A DNA stretch of 64,000 nucleotides from Vulcanimicrobiota bacterium (GCA_963733295.1 CAVTCS010000003.1:2176001-2240000); one strand, 5' to 3'. Counted from the first letter of the stretch, positions 32,446 through 43,029 are shown. Made by a program: numbers and translations. The notes: generated from the letters alone by a model not told the origin.

Positions 32446-34029
32446 GTGAAGCGGCCGCGTTTCGCGGCGTCGTACCCGGCGAACGCGATCCTCGTCATTT
32501 TGAGCATCTCGCCGGGACTGGCCAACGGCGCGGCGCTGAACTACGTCTTTCCCTCGATCGCGCGAGATTTCGGCGCGACGCAGCTCTCGCTGTCGTGGCT
32601 GCCGACGCTCGGAGATGCGGCAATCGCCTTCGGCGGCATCGTCGCGGCGGAACTCGGCCGCCACGTCGAAGCGCGCCGGCTGTACCTTACGACGCTCGTC
32701 GTCTCGCTCGGGTCGGCCGCGCTCGGGATGGCGGCCGGCAATGTCGAGCTGCTGATCTTCACGCAAATGCTGCACGGCCTCGTGACGGGCTTCATGCTCG
32801 TCATCGCGCTGGGACCGCTGGTCGGCGGTTTCGGCGAAGCCAAGCTTCCGATCACGACCGGCATCGCGATCGCGGCGCTCTTCGGGGTCGCTTCGCTCGG
32901 ACCGCTCGCCGGAGCGCTCGCCGAATCGGCTCCGCACGGATGGCGTTACATGTTCGCGATCGAATTGGCGCTCGGCCTGATCGCGTTTTGGCTGGCGCAC
33001 GAAACGCTCCTCGAGAAGCAGCCGGAGCGCCAGTCGGACTACGTCGACGCACCGGCGCTGACGCTGGCGATCGGCGCGACGATACTCAATTTCGCCGGCG
33101 TCGCATTCTTTGGGCGCTATCCCTGGAACGATCTTCACGTTTGGCTTCCGCTCGTGCTCGGCAACGCCGGGCTCGTCGCGCTGTTTGCGATCGAAGTGCG
33201 CTCGCCGAACCCGCTCTTACCGGTCAAGGAACTGGGCCGCGCGTATCCGTTGATCGGAGCGTTCGCTTGCGTCTTCGCGAGCGCGGCCTATGCGGCGGCG
33301 ACACGCGGCATCGGCTTTTTCCTCACCTTCGTCCAAGGGCTCGATCTGCTGACCGTCGCGCGCATGCTCAGCCTCGCCGTTGCCGGCGCGCTGATCGCAG
33401 CGCCGCTCTACGCCCGGGTCGTCGCGACGCGCTGGGGCAGTCCGATGGCGCTCGTCGGTCTCGCTTTCCTCGCGATCGGCTCGGCGCTCGCCGCATCGTT
33501 CCCGGCGCACGCCGGCACGGGATTGGTCGCGCTCGCCGTGCTGCTCTTCTCGCTCGGCGGCGGCCTTACGATTACGCCCGGGATTTTGACGATGGCGCTG
33601 GGGGTTCGCGCGCGCTACGTCGGCCGGGCGATCGCACTGCTCGCGCTTTTGCGCATGAACGCGGCCTATCTGACGGGTCCCGCCATGAGCATCTTCGCCG
33701 CGTCGCGCAGTGCGGCCGACATCCACGAACCGGGAGTCGCGGCAGCCTCGGTGAGCGCTTCGCTGCGCGAATACATCGCCGGCGGCGCAACGCTGCACCA
33801 GCTCGATCCGGGACTCCAGCGGCAGGTGATCGGCGCCTTGCTTCACGGAATCCACGACGGTTTCGCCGTGCTCGCGGCCGCGACGCTGTGCGCGATCGCC
33901 ATCGTGCTCCTCATCTTCTGGCGTAGCGGCGTCCATCTCGTCGACCCGCGCATCGCCTGCATGTTCTCGGACGGCGTGCCGCTCGAATCGCCCTCCGTCT
34001 TCACGGCGCGACCCGGAGCCGCGAGTTGA
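32446..34029 (+). CDS. MFS transporter (14-TM DHA2-like, divergent)
   Basis: Very hydrophobic; PSIARDFG, GPLAG and E..SPNPLLP motifs resemble DHA2 exporters. Confidence 0.75.
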   Translation: MKRPRFAASYPANAILVILSISPGLANGAALNYVFPSIARDFGATQLSLSWLPTLGDAAIAFGGIVAAELGRHVEARRLYLTTLVVSLGSAALGMAAGNVELLIFTQMLHGLVTGFMLVIALGPLVGGFGEAKLPITTGIAIAALFGVASLGPLAGALAESAPHGWRYMFAIELALGLIAFWLAHETLLEKQPERQSDYVDAPALTLAIGATILNFAGVAFFGRYPWNDLHVWLPLVLGNAGLVALFAIEVRSPNPLLPVKELGRAYPLIGAFACVFASAAYAAATRGIGFFLTFVQGLDLLTVARMLSLAVAGALIAAPLYARVVATRWGSPMALVGLAFLAIGSALAASFPAHAGTGLVALAVLLFSLGGGLTITPGILTMALGVRARYVGRAIALLALLRMNAAYLTGPAMSIFAASRSAADIHEPGVAAASVSASLREYIAGGATLHQLDPGLQRQVIGALLHGIHDGFAVLAAATLCAIAIVLLIFWRSGVHLVDPRIACMFSDGVPLESPSVFTARPGAAS

Positions 34030-34078
34030 GCGCGAGCTCCAGGAAACCGCCCGCTCCCGCCGGAGGTCTCACGGAGAG

Positions 34079-35932
34079 ATGTTAGGCGGATCTCCAGTCC
34101 ATTTGATGTGGTCGAACATGTACGGCCCCGAGAAGCCGCGCCCGAAACGTGCGGTCGATTGGCGGCGCGTCGGCGCTTTCTTTCTTCCATATTGGAAGGA
34201 AGAGGCGGCGGTGTTCGTCTGCATTCTGTTCGGCTCGGCGCTGGGCATCGCGCCCGCCCTGTTCACGCGGGACCTGATCGACCGCTCCCTGGCGCAGCAC
34301 GACATTCACGGGCTCTGGCTCGACGTCGGCGGCATGGTCGTCTCGGCGCTCGTGGCCGGCGCGATCGGGGTCTACCAGGGCTACCTGAACTCGGTCGTCG
34401 GCGAAGGGATCATGCGGGACATCCGCACCAAGCTCGTCGGGCATCTGCATAGCATGCCCATCGCCTTCTTCACCGGCACGAAGACCGGCGAAATCATGAA
34501 CCGCGTTTCGAACGACGTCGACAACATCGACGGCGTCGTTACCGGAACGCTGGTCTCGGTGGTCACGAACTTCGCGACGATCGCGACGACGGTCGTCACC
34601 ATGCTCGTCCTCGACTGGCGGCTCTCGCTGATCGCGCTCGCGGTCGTGCCCCTGATGATCGCGCCGCTGGGCTTCGTCGGACGGCGCATGTATGCCGTGC
34701 GCAAACGGACGCGCGAAAAACGCGATCAGATCGAGAGCCTCACCCAAGAGACGCTTTCGCTCTCCGGCATAACCCTGATCAAATCGTTCGTCCGCGAGAA
34801 GTACGAAGCGAAACGCTTCTTCGACGTCAGCACCGCCTTGATGAAGCTCGAGGTGCAGCTGGCGATGGTCGGGCGCTGGTTCATCGGCGCGATCGCCGCG
34901 ATGGTCACGATCGGACCGGCGATCGTTTGGCTCAGCGGCGGCTATTTTGCGATCTATGCGGGCTTGACGGTCGGCACGATCGTTGCCTTCGTCGCGCTGC
35001 TGGGACGCTTGTACGGTCCGGCCTCGACGCTCGCGGGAACGCAGGTTCAGATCGTCAGCGCGCTAGCCGTGTTCGAGCGCATCTTCGAGTACCTCGACAT
35101 GAAGCCCGAAGGCGAGACGACCTTGCAGCCGCCGCAGGTGCTCAAGGAAGTACGCGGCGACCTGCGCTTCGAGGACGTGCACTTTTCGTACACGCCGGAG
35201 CGAGTCGTCCTCGACGGCGTCACCTTCCACATCGAACCGGGACAAGTTGCGGCGTTCGTGGGCCACTCGGGGGGCGGGAAGACCACGATCACGCAACTCG
35301 TGCCGCGCTTCTACGACCCGCAGTCGGGCAGCGTGCTGATCGACGATCGCGACATTCGCGAATTCGACGTGCAATCGCTGCGCAGTCACATCGGCATCGT
35401 GACGCAGGAGACCTATCTCTTTCACGATACGATCGCGGCTAATCTTCACTACGGCTTGGTAGGCGCGACCCAGACTCAACTCGAAGCCGCGGCGCGCGCG
35501 GCGAACATCCACGACTTCATCGCGAGCCTGCCCGAAGGATACCAAACCGTGGTGGGCGAGCGGGGCCACAAGCTTTCGGGCGGCGAGCGCCAGCGTTTGG
35601 CGATCGCCCGCGTGCTGCTCAAGGATCCCCGAATCTTAATCCTCGATGAAGCCACGAGTTCTCTCGACTCTGAGAACGAAGCTCTCATCCAAGCGGCCTT
35701 CGTCCCGCTCATGGCCGGCCGCACGAGCCTCGTCATCGCCCACCGGCTCTCGACCATTCTCTCCGCCGACGTCATCTTCGTCGTCGAACGCGGCCGCATC
35801 GTCGAGAGCGGCACGCACGCCGGCCTGCTCGCGCGAGGCGAGGCCTACGCGCGGCTCTACCTCACTCAATTCCGGAGCGCGGGCGACGATCACACAATTG
35901 TAGACCAAAGGGAAACCACGACCGCTTCGTAA
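34079..35932 (+). CDS. Fused ABC exporter (permease + ATPase, MsbA/Atm1-like)
   Basis: TMD followed by GHSGGGKTT, LSGGERQR, ILDEATSSLD and IAHRLST. Confidence 0.93.
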   Translation: MLGGSPVHLMWSNMYGPEKPRPKRAVDWRRVGAFFLPYWKEEAAVFVCILFGSALGIAPALFTRDLIDRSLAQHDIHGLWLDVGGMVVSALVAGAIGVYQGYLNSVVGEGIMRDIRTKLVGHLHSMPIAFFTGTKTGEIMNRVSNDVDNIDGVVTGTLVSVVTNFATIATTVVTMLVLDWRLSLIALAVVPLMIAPLGFVGRRMYAVRKRTREKRDQIESLTQETLSLSGITLIKSFVREKYEAKRFFDVSTALMKLEVQLAMVGRWFIGAIAAMVTIGPAIVWLSGGYFAIYAGLTVGTIVAFVALLGRLYGPASTLAGTQVQIVSALAVFERIFEYLDMKPEGETTLQPPQVLKEVRGDLRFEDVHFSYTPERVVLDGVTFHIEPGQVAAFVGHSGGGKTTITQLVPRFYDPQSGSVLIDDRDIREFDVQSLRSHIGIVTQETYLFHDTIAANLHYGLVGATQTQLEAAARAANIHDFIASLPEGYQTVVGERGHKLSGGERQRLAIARVLLKDPRILILDEATSSLDSENEALIQAAFVPLMAGRTSLVIAHRLSTILSADVIFVVERGRIVESGTHAGLLARGEAYARLYLTQFRSAGDDHTIVDQRETTTAS

Positions 35933-35956
35933 GGTCACGTCAGGGAGATCACACGG

Positions 35957-38900
35957 GTGCCCACCTCCGTCCCCGTAACGCTGACGAAAATCCTCACGCC
36001 CCGGCCCTCACCGGCTGTGGCCCGGCCGCGCCTCGAGAATCACGCGCGGGCCCTGTGCGACTATGCGCTGACGACCCTCACCGGAGGCGCCGGTTTCGGG
36101 AAGACCACGCTCCTGCGCGTGTGGGCCGAGCGCTGCGAGGTCGACGCCGCCTGGATCACGCTCGACGAAGCGGACTGTGAGGTACGTTCCTTCGCGGCGT
36201 ATTTGGACGCGGCGTTCCGCCAGGCGATCCCAGAATTCGGTCGCTCGGTACTCGAGCTTCTCGAAGCGGGCCGCACCGAACCCGACGCCTTTGCGCGCGC
36301 CCTGGCCAACGAACTGCTGACCGTCACCGAGGAACGCGAACGCGACGTCGTGCTCTTCCTCGACGACTTTCACACCGTTCTCGCCCACACGGGCGTTCGG
36401 GAAGCGGTCGCCGGGTTGTTACGCGCCTTGCCGCCGCGCGCGCACCTCGCGATCGCGAGCCGCTTTCCGCTCGCATTCTCGCCGATCGTGAAGTTGCGCG
36501 CCGCCGAGCGCGCCGTCGACTTCACGCAAAACGATCTGCGCTTCACGCCGGAGGAAGCCGCGCAGTTGCTCGCCAGCGACGTCAGCGAACGCACGCCGCT
36601 GCAGCGCGACGTCCTCGAGGCGCTGGTGCGACGGGCCGACGGCTGGGCGATGGCTCTGCGCTTGTCGCTTCAAGTCGCCGCGGGATTACTCGGCGATGCG
36701 CCGGCCGTCAGCGATTCGGAACATTCGCTCTTCGCCTACCTCGCGGACGAAGTTTTGCGCGCGCAGCCGGCCGAGATCCGCGACCTCCTGCTCGGCTGTG
36801 CGGTTCCCAAAATGCTCGACGCGCGCACGCTCGAGCGAGTCGTCGGCGTCGAGGACGGAGCCGCCGCCCTCGAACTGCTGCTGGCGCGTAATCTCTACCT
36901 CGAACCGATGGGCGCGCGTGCCTACCGCTTCCACTACCTCTTCCGCGAGTTCCTGATCGCGACGCTGCGCACCGAGCAGCCCGAGCGTTTGCGGGTGCTC
37001 AAACTGCGCTGTGCCCGCATGCTCGAAGAGGACGGCGACCTCACCGGCGCCGTGACGCAGTACATGGAGGCCGGCGATTTCGCTTCAGCGGCGGATCACG
37101 TCGGAGATGCCCTGATCGCGCTGAAATACGGCGACAACGTCGACCGCATCGCGACGATCCTTTCGGATCTTCCCGACGCGCTCAAACGCGAGCGGCCCTT
37201 TCTGCTCCAACTAGAAGCGACGGTGCGCCGGCGCCGGCGCGACTTCTCGGGCGCGGCCGAGGTGTACGAGCGGGCCGCGCGCTACGCGCTCGAGCTGCAA
37301 GACTTCGCGACGGCTTGTGCGTGCACGATCGAGCGGGGCATGCTCGCCGGCGATCTGCGCGCCGGCGGTCACGGACGCTTCGAGAAGAGCATCGGCCTCT
37401 TCGCGGAGGCGCTGCGCTACGCCGAGCGTTGCGGCGGCAAGCGCGATACGTACGTCAAGTCCGCTTCGGTCGCAATGGGCTTGGCGCTCGCCGCGCAATT
37501 CGACTACGAGGCGGCGAAACCGTATCTGGGGACGGCGGAGAATCTCCAGCGCGCCGCCGCCAGCCAACGTTCCGACGTGATGACCACGATCGCAACCATC
37601 GACGGCTGGCAGGGCGAATGGCACCGCGTACTCGAGCATGCCGAACTCGCCGAGGACCTCCTGCGCTCGAGCGGCGGAGCCGACTATTTGATCGGACGCG
37701 CGCTGAAAGCGCAAGCCAAGGCGCATTGTTTCCTCTGCGGCGATCCGGAGCGCGCCCTAACTCTGGCCGAGGCCGCCGTCGAATGGGAACGCTCGTACAA
37801 CGAGCTCGACGATTTGCCCGACGCGTACGTCGTCCTGGCGCGTGCGAGCCTTGGGATGCCGGTTCCGCGCGTCGACCGGGCGCACGAAGCTCTCAACGAG
37901 GCCACTCGCATCCTGCAACGTTGGCCTAACAATACGACTCGCTTCGAGATTCATGCCGCACGCTTCGAGATCTACATTCTCACGAACGGCCTCTCCGACG
38001 CTCGCCGCGAGCTGGCGGCGGCGCGCACCTTCGCGCAGACCAACGGCGACCCTCACGAACAAGCGCTCGTCGTTTTCTACGAGGGCCTCTTTCACTCGGT
38101 TTCCGGCGAGTTGACCGAAGCGGCGGCGCGATTCGACGAAGCGTTCGCGCAATTGGAACCCCTCCACGACAATTTCTTCGCGCAACTGGCCGAGATCGCG
38201 GCCTGCGGCGCACGTGCGCGGATCGGCGCGCTCGAACCCGACGAGCTGCGCGCGATGCTCGAACGTCTCGAGCGCGCGAGCTCGCAAGTCGCGTTGCGCT
38301 CCGCGCCGCGTTCGACCGCGATCGTTCTCGCTTGGGCGCTGCGCCATGGCGTCGAACCCGAAGCTGCGACCGCCCTCCTCGGCGAGGCCGCGCGACGCGC
38401 CGGCGACGAGGATCTGGTAGCGCTCGCGCTCGACGAGGATGCGCCGAACGAAGCGCGCGTCCGCGCCATCTCGGCGATCGCGCGCGAAGGCCGGCTCGAG
38501 CGCCGTCCGACGCTGGTTCGCCTCGCCCGCAACAAACGATCGGCGGTCGCGGCCGCGGCGGCAACCGCACTCGAAGTTTTTCCGCGGGCCGATGCAGCGC
38601 CACTCTCGATTTATCTGGTGGGACCCCTCAGAGTCGTCGTCGGTGAAGAGACGCTCGACGAACGCGACGCGCGCTGGTCCCGCCGCAAGGCCGTCGAGAT
38701 GTTGCGCGCGCTGGCGCTTGCGGACGGGCCGCTCTCAAAGGCTACGCTTCTTTCCAACCTTTGGCCCGAGAGCAGCGGAGCCGCAGCCGAAACGAGTTTG
38801 CGAGTGACCTTGCATGCGCTGCGCCGCGCGCTCGAGCCGGCCGTCGAAGGTTCGGGTCACTACGTGGTCTACGACGGCACGACGCTCGCCTTGCGCAAGG

Positions 38901-39565
38901 AGCTCGTGACCTTCGTCGATGCGCTCGAAGCTCAGGCTGCTTTCCGGCGCGCGGTTTTCGCGCGAGCGCGTGAAGCCACCGGCGAAGCCGAAGTCCTGCT
39001 GGCCCGGACAATCGACCTGCTAGCCGCCGTGCCCGCCGAGGATGGGGTGCCGGCTTGGCTCGCGCCGCACGTGCGCGCGTGGCGAACCACGCTGGCCGCT
39101 TCGCTTCGCGCCAGCGCGCAACTCAAACTGAAGGCGGGAGCCGCTCCCGCCGCACGCGCGCTCGCCGAGCGCGCGCACCTCGTCGATCCGCTCGATGAAG
39201 AGACGGTGACCTTGACGCTCGACATCGCACTCGCCGCGGGCGATCTGGAACGAGCCAAGAGCGCGTTCCTAGCGTACAAGGCGCGGCTCGCGAGCGAACT
39301 GTCGACGACGCCCGGCTCGGAGGTCCTGGCGCGGTACGGCGACGTCCTCAAAGCGCGGGCCGAAAACCGCACGATCGGGCTTACCGGCCGGGAACTCGAG
39401 ATTTTGAGTTTGATCGGGCGCGGCCGCAGCAACAAGCAGATTGCCGCGGAGTTGAAGCTAAGCACCTGGACCGTTAACGGACACGTCGCCCGCATTTTAC
39501 GGAAGATGCGCGTCGAGTCACGCGCAGCCGCCGTCGCTGCGGCAGGCGGACTCCTCGAGACGTGA
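35957..39565 (+). CDS. Large ATP-dependent transcriptional regulator: MalT-type STAND NTPase, TPR, SARP wHTH/BTAD, C-terminal LuxR HTH
   Basis: TKILTP...RPRL, GGAGFGKTT, FLDDFH, DLRFT, DGW and YRFHYLFREFL; then LVGPLRV...LWPE...LRVTLHALRRALEP and DPLDE; then LTGRELEIL...SNKQIA...TVNGHV. Confidence 0.88.
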   Translation: MPTSVPVTLTKILTPRPSPAVARPRLENHARALCDYALTTLTGGAGFGKTTLLRVWAERCEVDAAWITLDEADCEVRSFAAYLDAAFRQAIPEFGRSVLELLEAGRTEPDAFARALANELLTVTEERERDVVLFLDDFHTVLAHTGVREAVAGLLRALPPRAHLAIASRFPLAFSPIVKLRAAERAVDFTQNDLRFTPEEAAQLLASDVSERTPLQRDVLEALVRRADGWAMALRLSLQVAAGLLGDAPAVSDSEHSLFAYLADEVLRAQPAEIRDLLLGCAVPKMLDARTLERVVGVEDGAAALELLLARNLYLEPMGARAYRFHYLFREFLIATLRTEQPERLRVLKLRCARMLEEDGDLTGAVTQYMEAGDFASAADHVGDALIALKYGDNVDRIATILSDLPDALKRERPFLLQLEATVRRRRRDFSGAAEVYERAARYALELQDFATACACTIERGMLAGDLRAGGHGRFEKSIGLFAEALRYAERCGGKRDTYVKSASVAMGLALAAQFDYEAAKPYLGTAENLQRAAASQRSDVMTTIATIDGWQGEWHRVLEHAELAEDLLRSSGGADYLIGRALKAQAKAHCFLCGDPERALTLAEAAVEWERSYNELDDLPDAYVVLARASLGMPVPRVDRAHEALNEATRILQRWPNNTTRFEIHAARFEIYILTNGLSDARRELAAARTFAQTNGDPHEQALVVFYEGLFHSVSGELTEAAARFDEAFAQLEPLHDNFFAQLAEIAACGARARIGALEPDELRAMLERLERASSQVALRSAPRSTAIVLAWALRHGVEPEAATALLGEAARRAGDEDLVALALDEDAPNEARVRAISAIAREGRLERRPTLVRLARNKRSAVAAAAATALEVFPRADAAPLSIYLVGPLRVVVGEETLDERDARWSRRKAVEMLRALALADGPLSKATLLSNLWPESSGAAAETSLRVTLHALRRALEPAVEGSGHYVVYDGTTLALRKELVTFVDALEAQAAFRRAVFARAREATGEAEVLLARTIDLLAAVPAEDGVPAWLAPHVRAWRTTLAASLRASAQLKLKAGAAPAARALAERAHLVDPLDEETVTLTLDIALAAGDLERAKSAFLAYKARLASELSTTPGSEVLARYGDVLKARAENRTIGLTGRELEILSLIGRGRSNKQIAAELKLSTWTVNGHVARILRKMRVESRAAAVAAAGGLLET

Positions 39566-39582
39566 GAAGCCAAGCAACCCCT

Positions 39583-40077
39583 ATGAAGCGCGCTTACGGA
39601 CTCGTCGCTTTGGTCTTTTTCGCGTCGGCGCTCGGCGGCTGCGGCGGTTCGGCGGCGCCCGCCTCTCCCGTCGTACCCGGCGCTCAACCCGCCGCGCAAA
39701 GTGTGCCCGGCGCTCAGCCCGCCGCTCAAGCCGCGTCCCAGGGCTTCGGCAATGTCGCCGACCCGGAGAATGCATACCCGCACATCTTGATTTCGGCCGT
39801 ACCGCCCGGTCGACTGGAGGGCGTCAAGGACGGCCAGTCGATCACGCTCGTCACCACCGCGAAGCTGCGCGGTCGCGCGCTTTCGCTCGAAGGGGCACAG
39901 ATCCACTGGTCGGGTCCGGAACACGGGACGCTCGTGCCGTCCGAAGACGGCCAAACCGCCGTCTATACCGCGCCCTTGACGGGTTCGGGTCACGACGTCG
40001 TGATGGTCAGGGTGCACCTTGACAATCAGTGGGAAGAGTACTCGGCGCATGCCACAATCCAATACAAGCGCAATTAA
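39583..40077 (+). CDS. Lipoprotein with a probable Ig-like domain
   Basis: Signal MKRAYGLVALVFFASALGGC (lipobox); VPGAQPAAQ repeated twice; beta-rich C-terminus (IHWS...GTL...AVYTAP). Confidence 0.75.
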   Translation: MKRAYGLVALVFFASALGGCGGSAAPASPVVPGAQPAAQSVPGAQPAAQAASQGFGNVADPENAYPHILISAVPPGRLEGVKDGQSITLVTTAKLRGRALSLEGAQIHWSGPEHGTLVPSEDGQTAVYTAPLTGSGHDVVMVRVHLDNQWEEYSAHATIQYKRN

Positions 40078-40086
40078 GGCTCCGGC

Positions 40087-40800
40087 CTGACTGCAGGGCT
40101 TCGCGTCGAGGGGCTCGTGCGGCGTTTCGGCAAGACCGTCGCCGTTCGCGGGCTGAGTTTCGGACTCGGGCCCGGCGAGATTCTCGGTCTTCTCGGCCCG
40201 AACGGAGCGGGTAAGACCACGACCTTCATGTGTTTGTGCGGGCTGCTCCGGCCCGACGCGGGCACGATCGAATTCGACGGGGAGCGCCTCAGCTCGAACC
40301 GCGGCCGCACGATCTCGCTCATCCCCGAAACGCCCGACGTCTATTTGATGCTGACGGTTTGGGAGCATTTGGCATTCGTGGCGCGCAGCGTGAATCTCAC
40401 GCACGGATGGGAGCGGCGCGCCGACGAATTGCTCGAGCGCCTCGACCTCGCGGAGCAGCGCGACAAGTTGGGACAAGCGCTTTCGAAGGGCATGCGCCAG
40501 AAAACCTTGATCGCCGCTACGATTCTGGCGGGCGCGCCGGTGCTGCTGCTCGACGAGCCGATGATCGGACTCGACCCCAAAGGTCAACGCGAATTACGCG
40601 ACTTGATCTTTTCGCTGCGGGACGACGGCACGTCCATCGTGATGAGCACGCATATGATCGAATCGGCCGAGACGATCTGCGACCGGCTCGTCATCATGAA
40701 AGCCGGTGCCGCGATCGCGAGCGGCGCCGTTCGCGAGTTGCGCGAGCGCGCACCGACCGGACGTTCGCTCGAAGACGTTTTTCTCGAGATCACGGCCTAG
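40087..40800 (+). CDS. ABC ATP-binding protein (CcmA/EcsA-like)
   Basis: GPNGAGKTT, LSKGMRQK, LLDEP and STH. Start is either CTG 40087 or GTG 40117. Confidence 0.9.
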   Translation: MTAGLRVEGLVRRFGKTVAVRGLSFGLGPGEILGLLGPNGAGKTTTFMCLCGLLRPDAGTIEFDGERLSSNRGRTISLIPETPDVYLMLTVWEHLAFVARSVNLTHGWERRADELLERLDLAEQRDKLGQALSKGMRQKTLIAATILAGAPVLLLDEPMIGLDPKGQRELRDLIFSLRDDGTSIVMSTHMIESAETICDRLVIMKAGAAIASGAVRELRERAPTGRSLEDVFLEITA

Positions 40801-40810
40801 TGGGCCGCTA

Positions 40811-42358
40811 GTGCGCGCGCTTCTCTATCTCGACGCGCACTACGTCTTCAATCAGCTGCAGCGGATCGTACGCTCGCCGGGACGTCTCGCGCTTTGGCTC
40901 CCCTACGTCCTCGTGCTTGCGACGCTGACGTTCAGCCGCATCGCGACGTCGCGCGCGCATACGCCGGGTTTTTCCTCCGCCGGTTCGCATCCGCTGGGCA
41001 CGACGGCTGCCGGCGCCTTCCTCTGCGTGCTCGGCGTGACGATCGGCGTCGCCGCGGCGGGTCGCGCCGGCGCCTTTCGCTCGACCGCCGAAGCGCTGCT
41101 CTGCGTCAACGCGGGCGTTCCGCCGCTAAGTCTCGCCGTCTGGCTTCAGATCCGCAAACTCTTCGCCACCGGCGCGCGCTGGCTGGGCTCGATTCTTTTC
41201 AGCTTCCTTTTTATCGTGCCGCGCGACGCGAGCGCGCAGGAACTGGCGCGCGGTTTCGCCGCCGCGCTCGCGATCGCCGCTGCGATCATGACCGCCGAGC
41301 TTCCCGCCTTCCTGCTTTCGCGCAAACGCTGGGGCGGCTTCGTCGCGCCGCTCGGCTGGGCGCTGGCGCTGGCCGGCGGCGCGTTCGCCGCGATAGGCTT
41401 CGCCGGAAGCGTGGGTGAGGACCGCTTCGCGCCCGCGGCTCTCGAGTTCTTGCGCGTCAATCCCGGAAGTCTGATTGGAACGATCGTATCGAGCTGGACG
41501 TGGCCGCTGCTGCTCTGGTGCGTTCCCCTCGTTTTGATCGCTTCGATCGTGCTGTTGGCGCGCGACGCGGTGCCCGAACTCTACGCGGCGACGGTGCAGT
41601 CGTACGAGTGGCGCAACCGGCGGCGCGAGCGAATCCGCAACGAAGCTGCATCGGAGCGGGCCGAGCGCATTCCGCCCGGCGCGTTGACGATCGTCTGGAA
41701 AGAGTGGATCGGCTTCCGGCGAAGCCGCGGCGCCACGTGGCGCTGGCTGCTCGTCCTTCTGTTCTGGCTCGGACTCGGCTCCGCCGCCGCCTGGGCCGAC
41801 GCGAGCGGAAATCGCGGGCTCGTGTTGCCGTTCGTCGGCTTCGCGATGACGATGGTCGTGCTGGTGCCGTTGGCCGCGTCGGTGAGTCTCTTAGAAGACT
41901 TGGCCAAGCCGATCTGGTGGGTTTCGCGGGCTTCGCTTCGCTCGCGCATCGTCGCGTGGACTTTCTCGAAGGCCTGGCGCAACGGGGTCGCCTTTGGCGG
42001 CTTCCTGCTAGTAATCGCCGTCGCACGCGGCGACACTGCCGGCGCGTTGCTCGCGATTCCCCTCGGGATCGGGCTTTGGTCGAGCTTGAACGCGCTCGGC
42101 GTCGCGCTCTATGCGGCGTATCCGAGCCGCGTCGACGCGCGCGGCCCGATCTTTTTCGTACGCGCCCTCGCAACCGGAGTTTTTCTCTTGCCGCCCGCCA
42201 TGCTCTTCGCATTCGTCAGCATGCTGACGACGAACCCGCTGCTCGCGGCGACGCTGGCCGGCATCGTCGTCGTCATCGAAGGGCTGCTCGCAATCGAGTT
42301 TGCCGCCTCGCGTTTCAACGAGAACGGCGCCGGCATTTCGATGCTCGAGCGCGCCTAA
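40811..42358 (+). CDS. Putative ABC exporter permease
   Basis: About 12 TM helices with an internal IVWKEW motif; directly follows the ATPase; GTG 40811 estimated as start. Confidence 0.75.
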   Translation: MRALLYLDAHYVFNQLQRIVRSPGRLALWLPYVLVLATLTFSRIATSRAHTPGFSSAGSHPLGTTAAGAFLCVLGVTIGVAAAGRAGAFRSTAEALLCVNAGVPPLSLAVWLQIRKLFATGARWLGSILFSFLFIVPRDASAQELARGFAAALAIAAAIMTAELPAFLLSRKRWGGFVAPLGWALALAGGAFAAIGFAGSVGEDRFAPAALEFLRVNPGSLIGTIVSSWTWPLLLWCVPLVLIASIVLLARDAVPELYAATVQSYEWRNRRRERIRNEAASERAERIPPGALTIVWKEWIGFRRSRGATWRWLLVLLFWLGLGSAAAWADASGNRGLVLPFVGFAMTMVVLVPLAASVSLLEDLAKPIWWVSRASLRSRIVAWTFSKAWRNGVAFGGFLLVIAVARGDTAGALLAIPLGIGLWSSLNALGVALYAAYPSRVDARGPIFFVRALATGVFLLPPAMLFAFVSMLTTNPLLAATLAGIVVVIEGLLAIEFAASRFNENGAGISMLERA

Positions 42359-42372
42359 TGACACTACTGACG

Positions 42373-43023
42373 CTAGATGCTCGCGACCTTTTGCGCGTCG
42401 TGAACGCGAGCGCCGGTCGCACCGCGCACCTCTTCGGGCGTGACTCCGGGAGCGCATTCGCGCAGTACCAAGCCGTCCGGCGTAACGTCGAGAACGGCCA
42501 AGTCGGTGATTATCCGCTGAACCACGCCCTTGCCGGTTAGCGGCAAGGTGCACTCGTCGAGAATCTTCGGGCTTCCGTCCTTCGCGACGTGCTCCATCAT
42601 GACGATCACCCGCTTCGCGCCGTGCACGAGGTCCATCGCACCACCCATGCCCTTGACCATCTTCCCGGGGATCATCCAGTTCGCGAGGTCGCCGCGACTC
42701 GAAACTTGCATCGCGCCCAAAATCGCGACGTCGATGTGGCCGCCGCGAATCATCCCGAACGAAGCGGCGGAATCGAAGAACGCCGCACCCGGCAGAACGG
42801 TCACGGTCTCTTTGCCGGCGTTGATGAGGTCCGGATCTTCCTCACCTTCGTAAGGATAGGGTCCCATGCCGAGGATGCCGTTTTCGCTCTGCAAGACCAC
42901 GGTGATCGCCGGGTCCACGTAGTTCGGCACCAGCGTGGGCAGTCCGATTCCGAGGTTCACGTATTGACCGTCGCGCAGCTCGCGCGCGACGCGTCGCGCG
43001 AGTTCGTCTCGGGTTAGCGCCAT
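42373..43023 (-). CDS. scoB: 3-oxoacid CoA-transferase subunit B
   Basis: [15 protein letters not shown] (catalytic Glu) and [10 protein letters not shown]. Confidence 0.92.
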   Translation of the reverse strand: MALTRDELARRVARELRDGQYVNLGIGLPTLVPNYVDPAITVVLQSENGILGMGPYPYEGEEDPDLINAGKETVTVLPGAAFFDSAASFGMIRGGHIDVAILGAMQVSSRGDLANWMIPGKMVKGMGGAMDLVHGAKRVIVMMEHVAKDGSPKILDECTLPLTGKGVVQRIITDLAVLDVTPDGLVLRECAPGVTPEEVRGATGARVHDAQKVASI

Positions 43024-43029
43024 GTCGCT

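Noticed and set aside
39562..40800. Stop-codon readthrough fusing the lipoprotein to the ABC ATPase
   Set aside because: They share a frame, but an exported lipoprotein fused to a cytoplasmic ATPase is topologically implausible; separate initiation is simpler.
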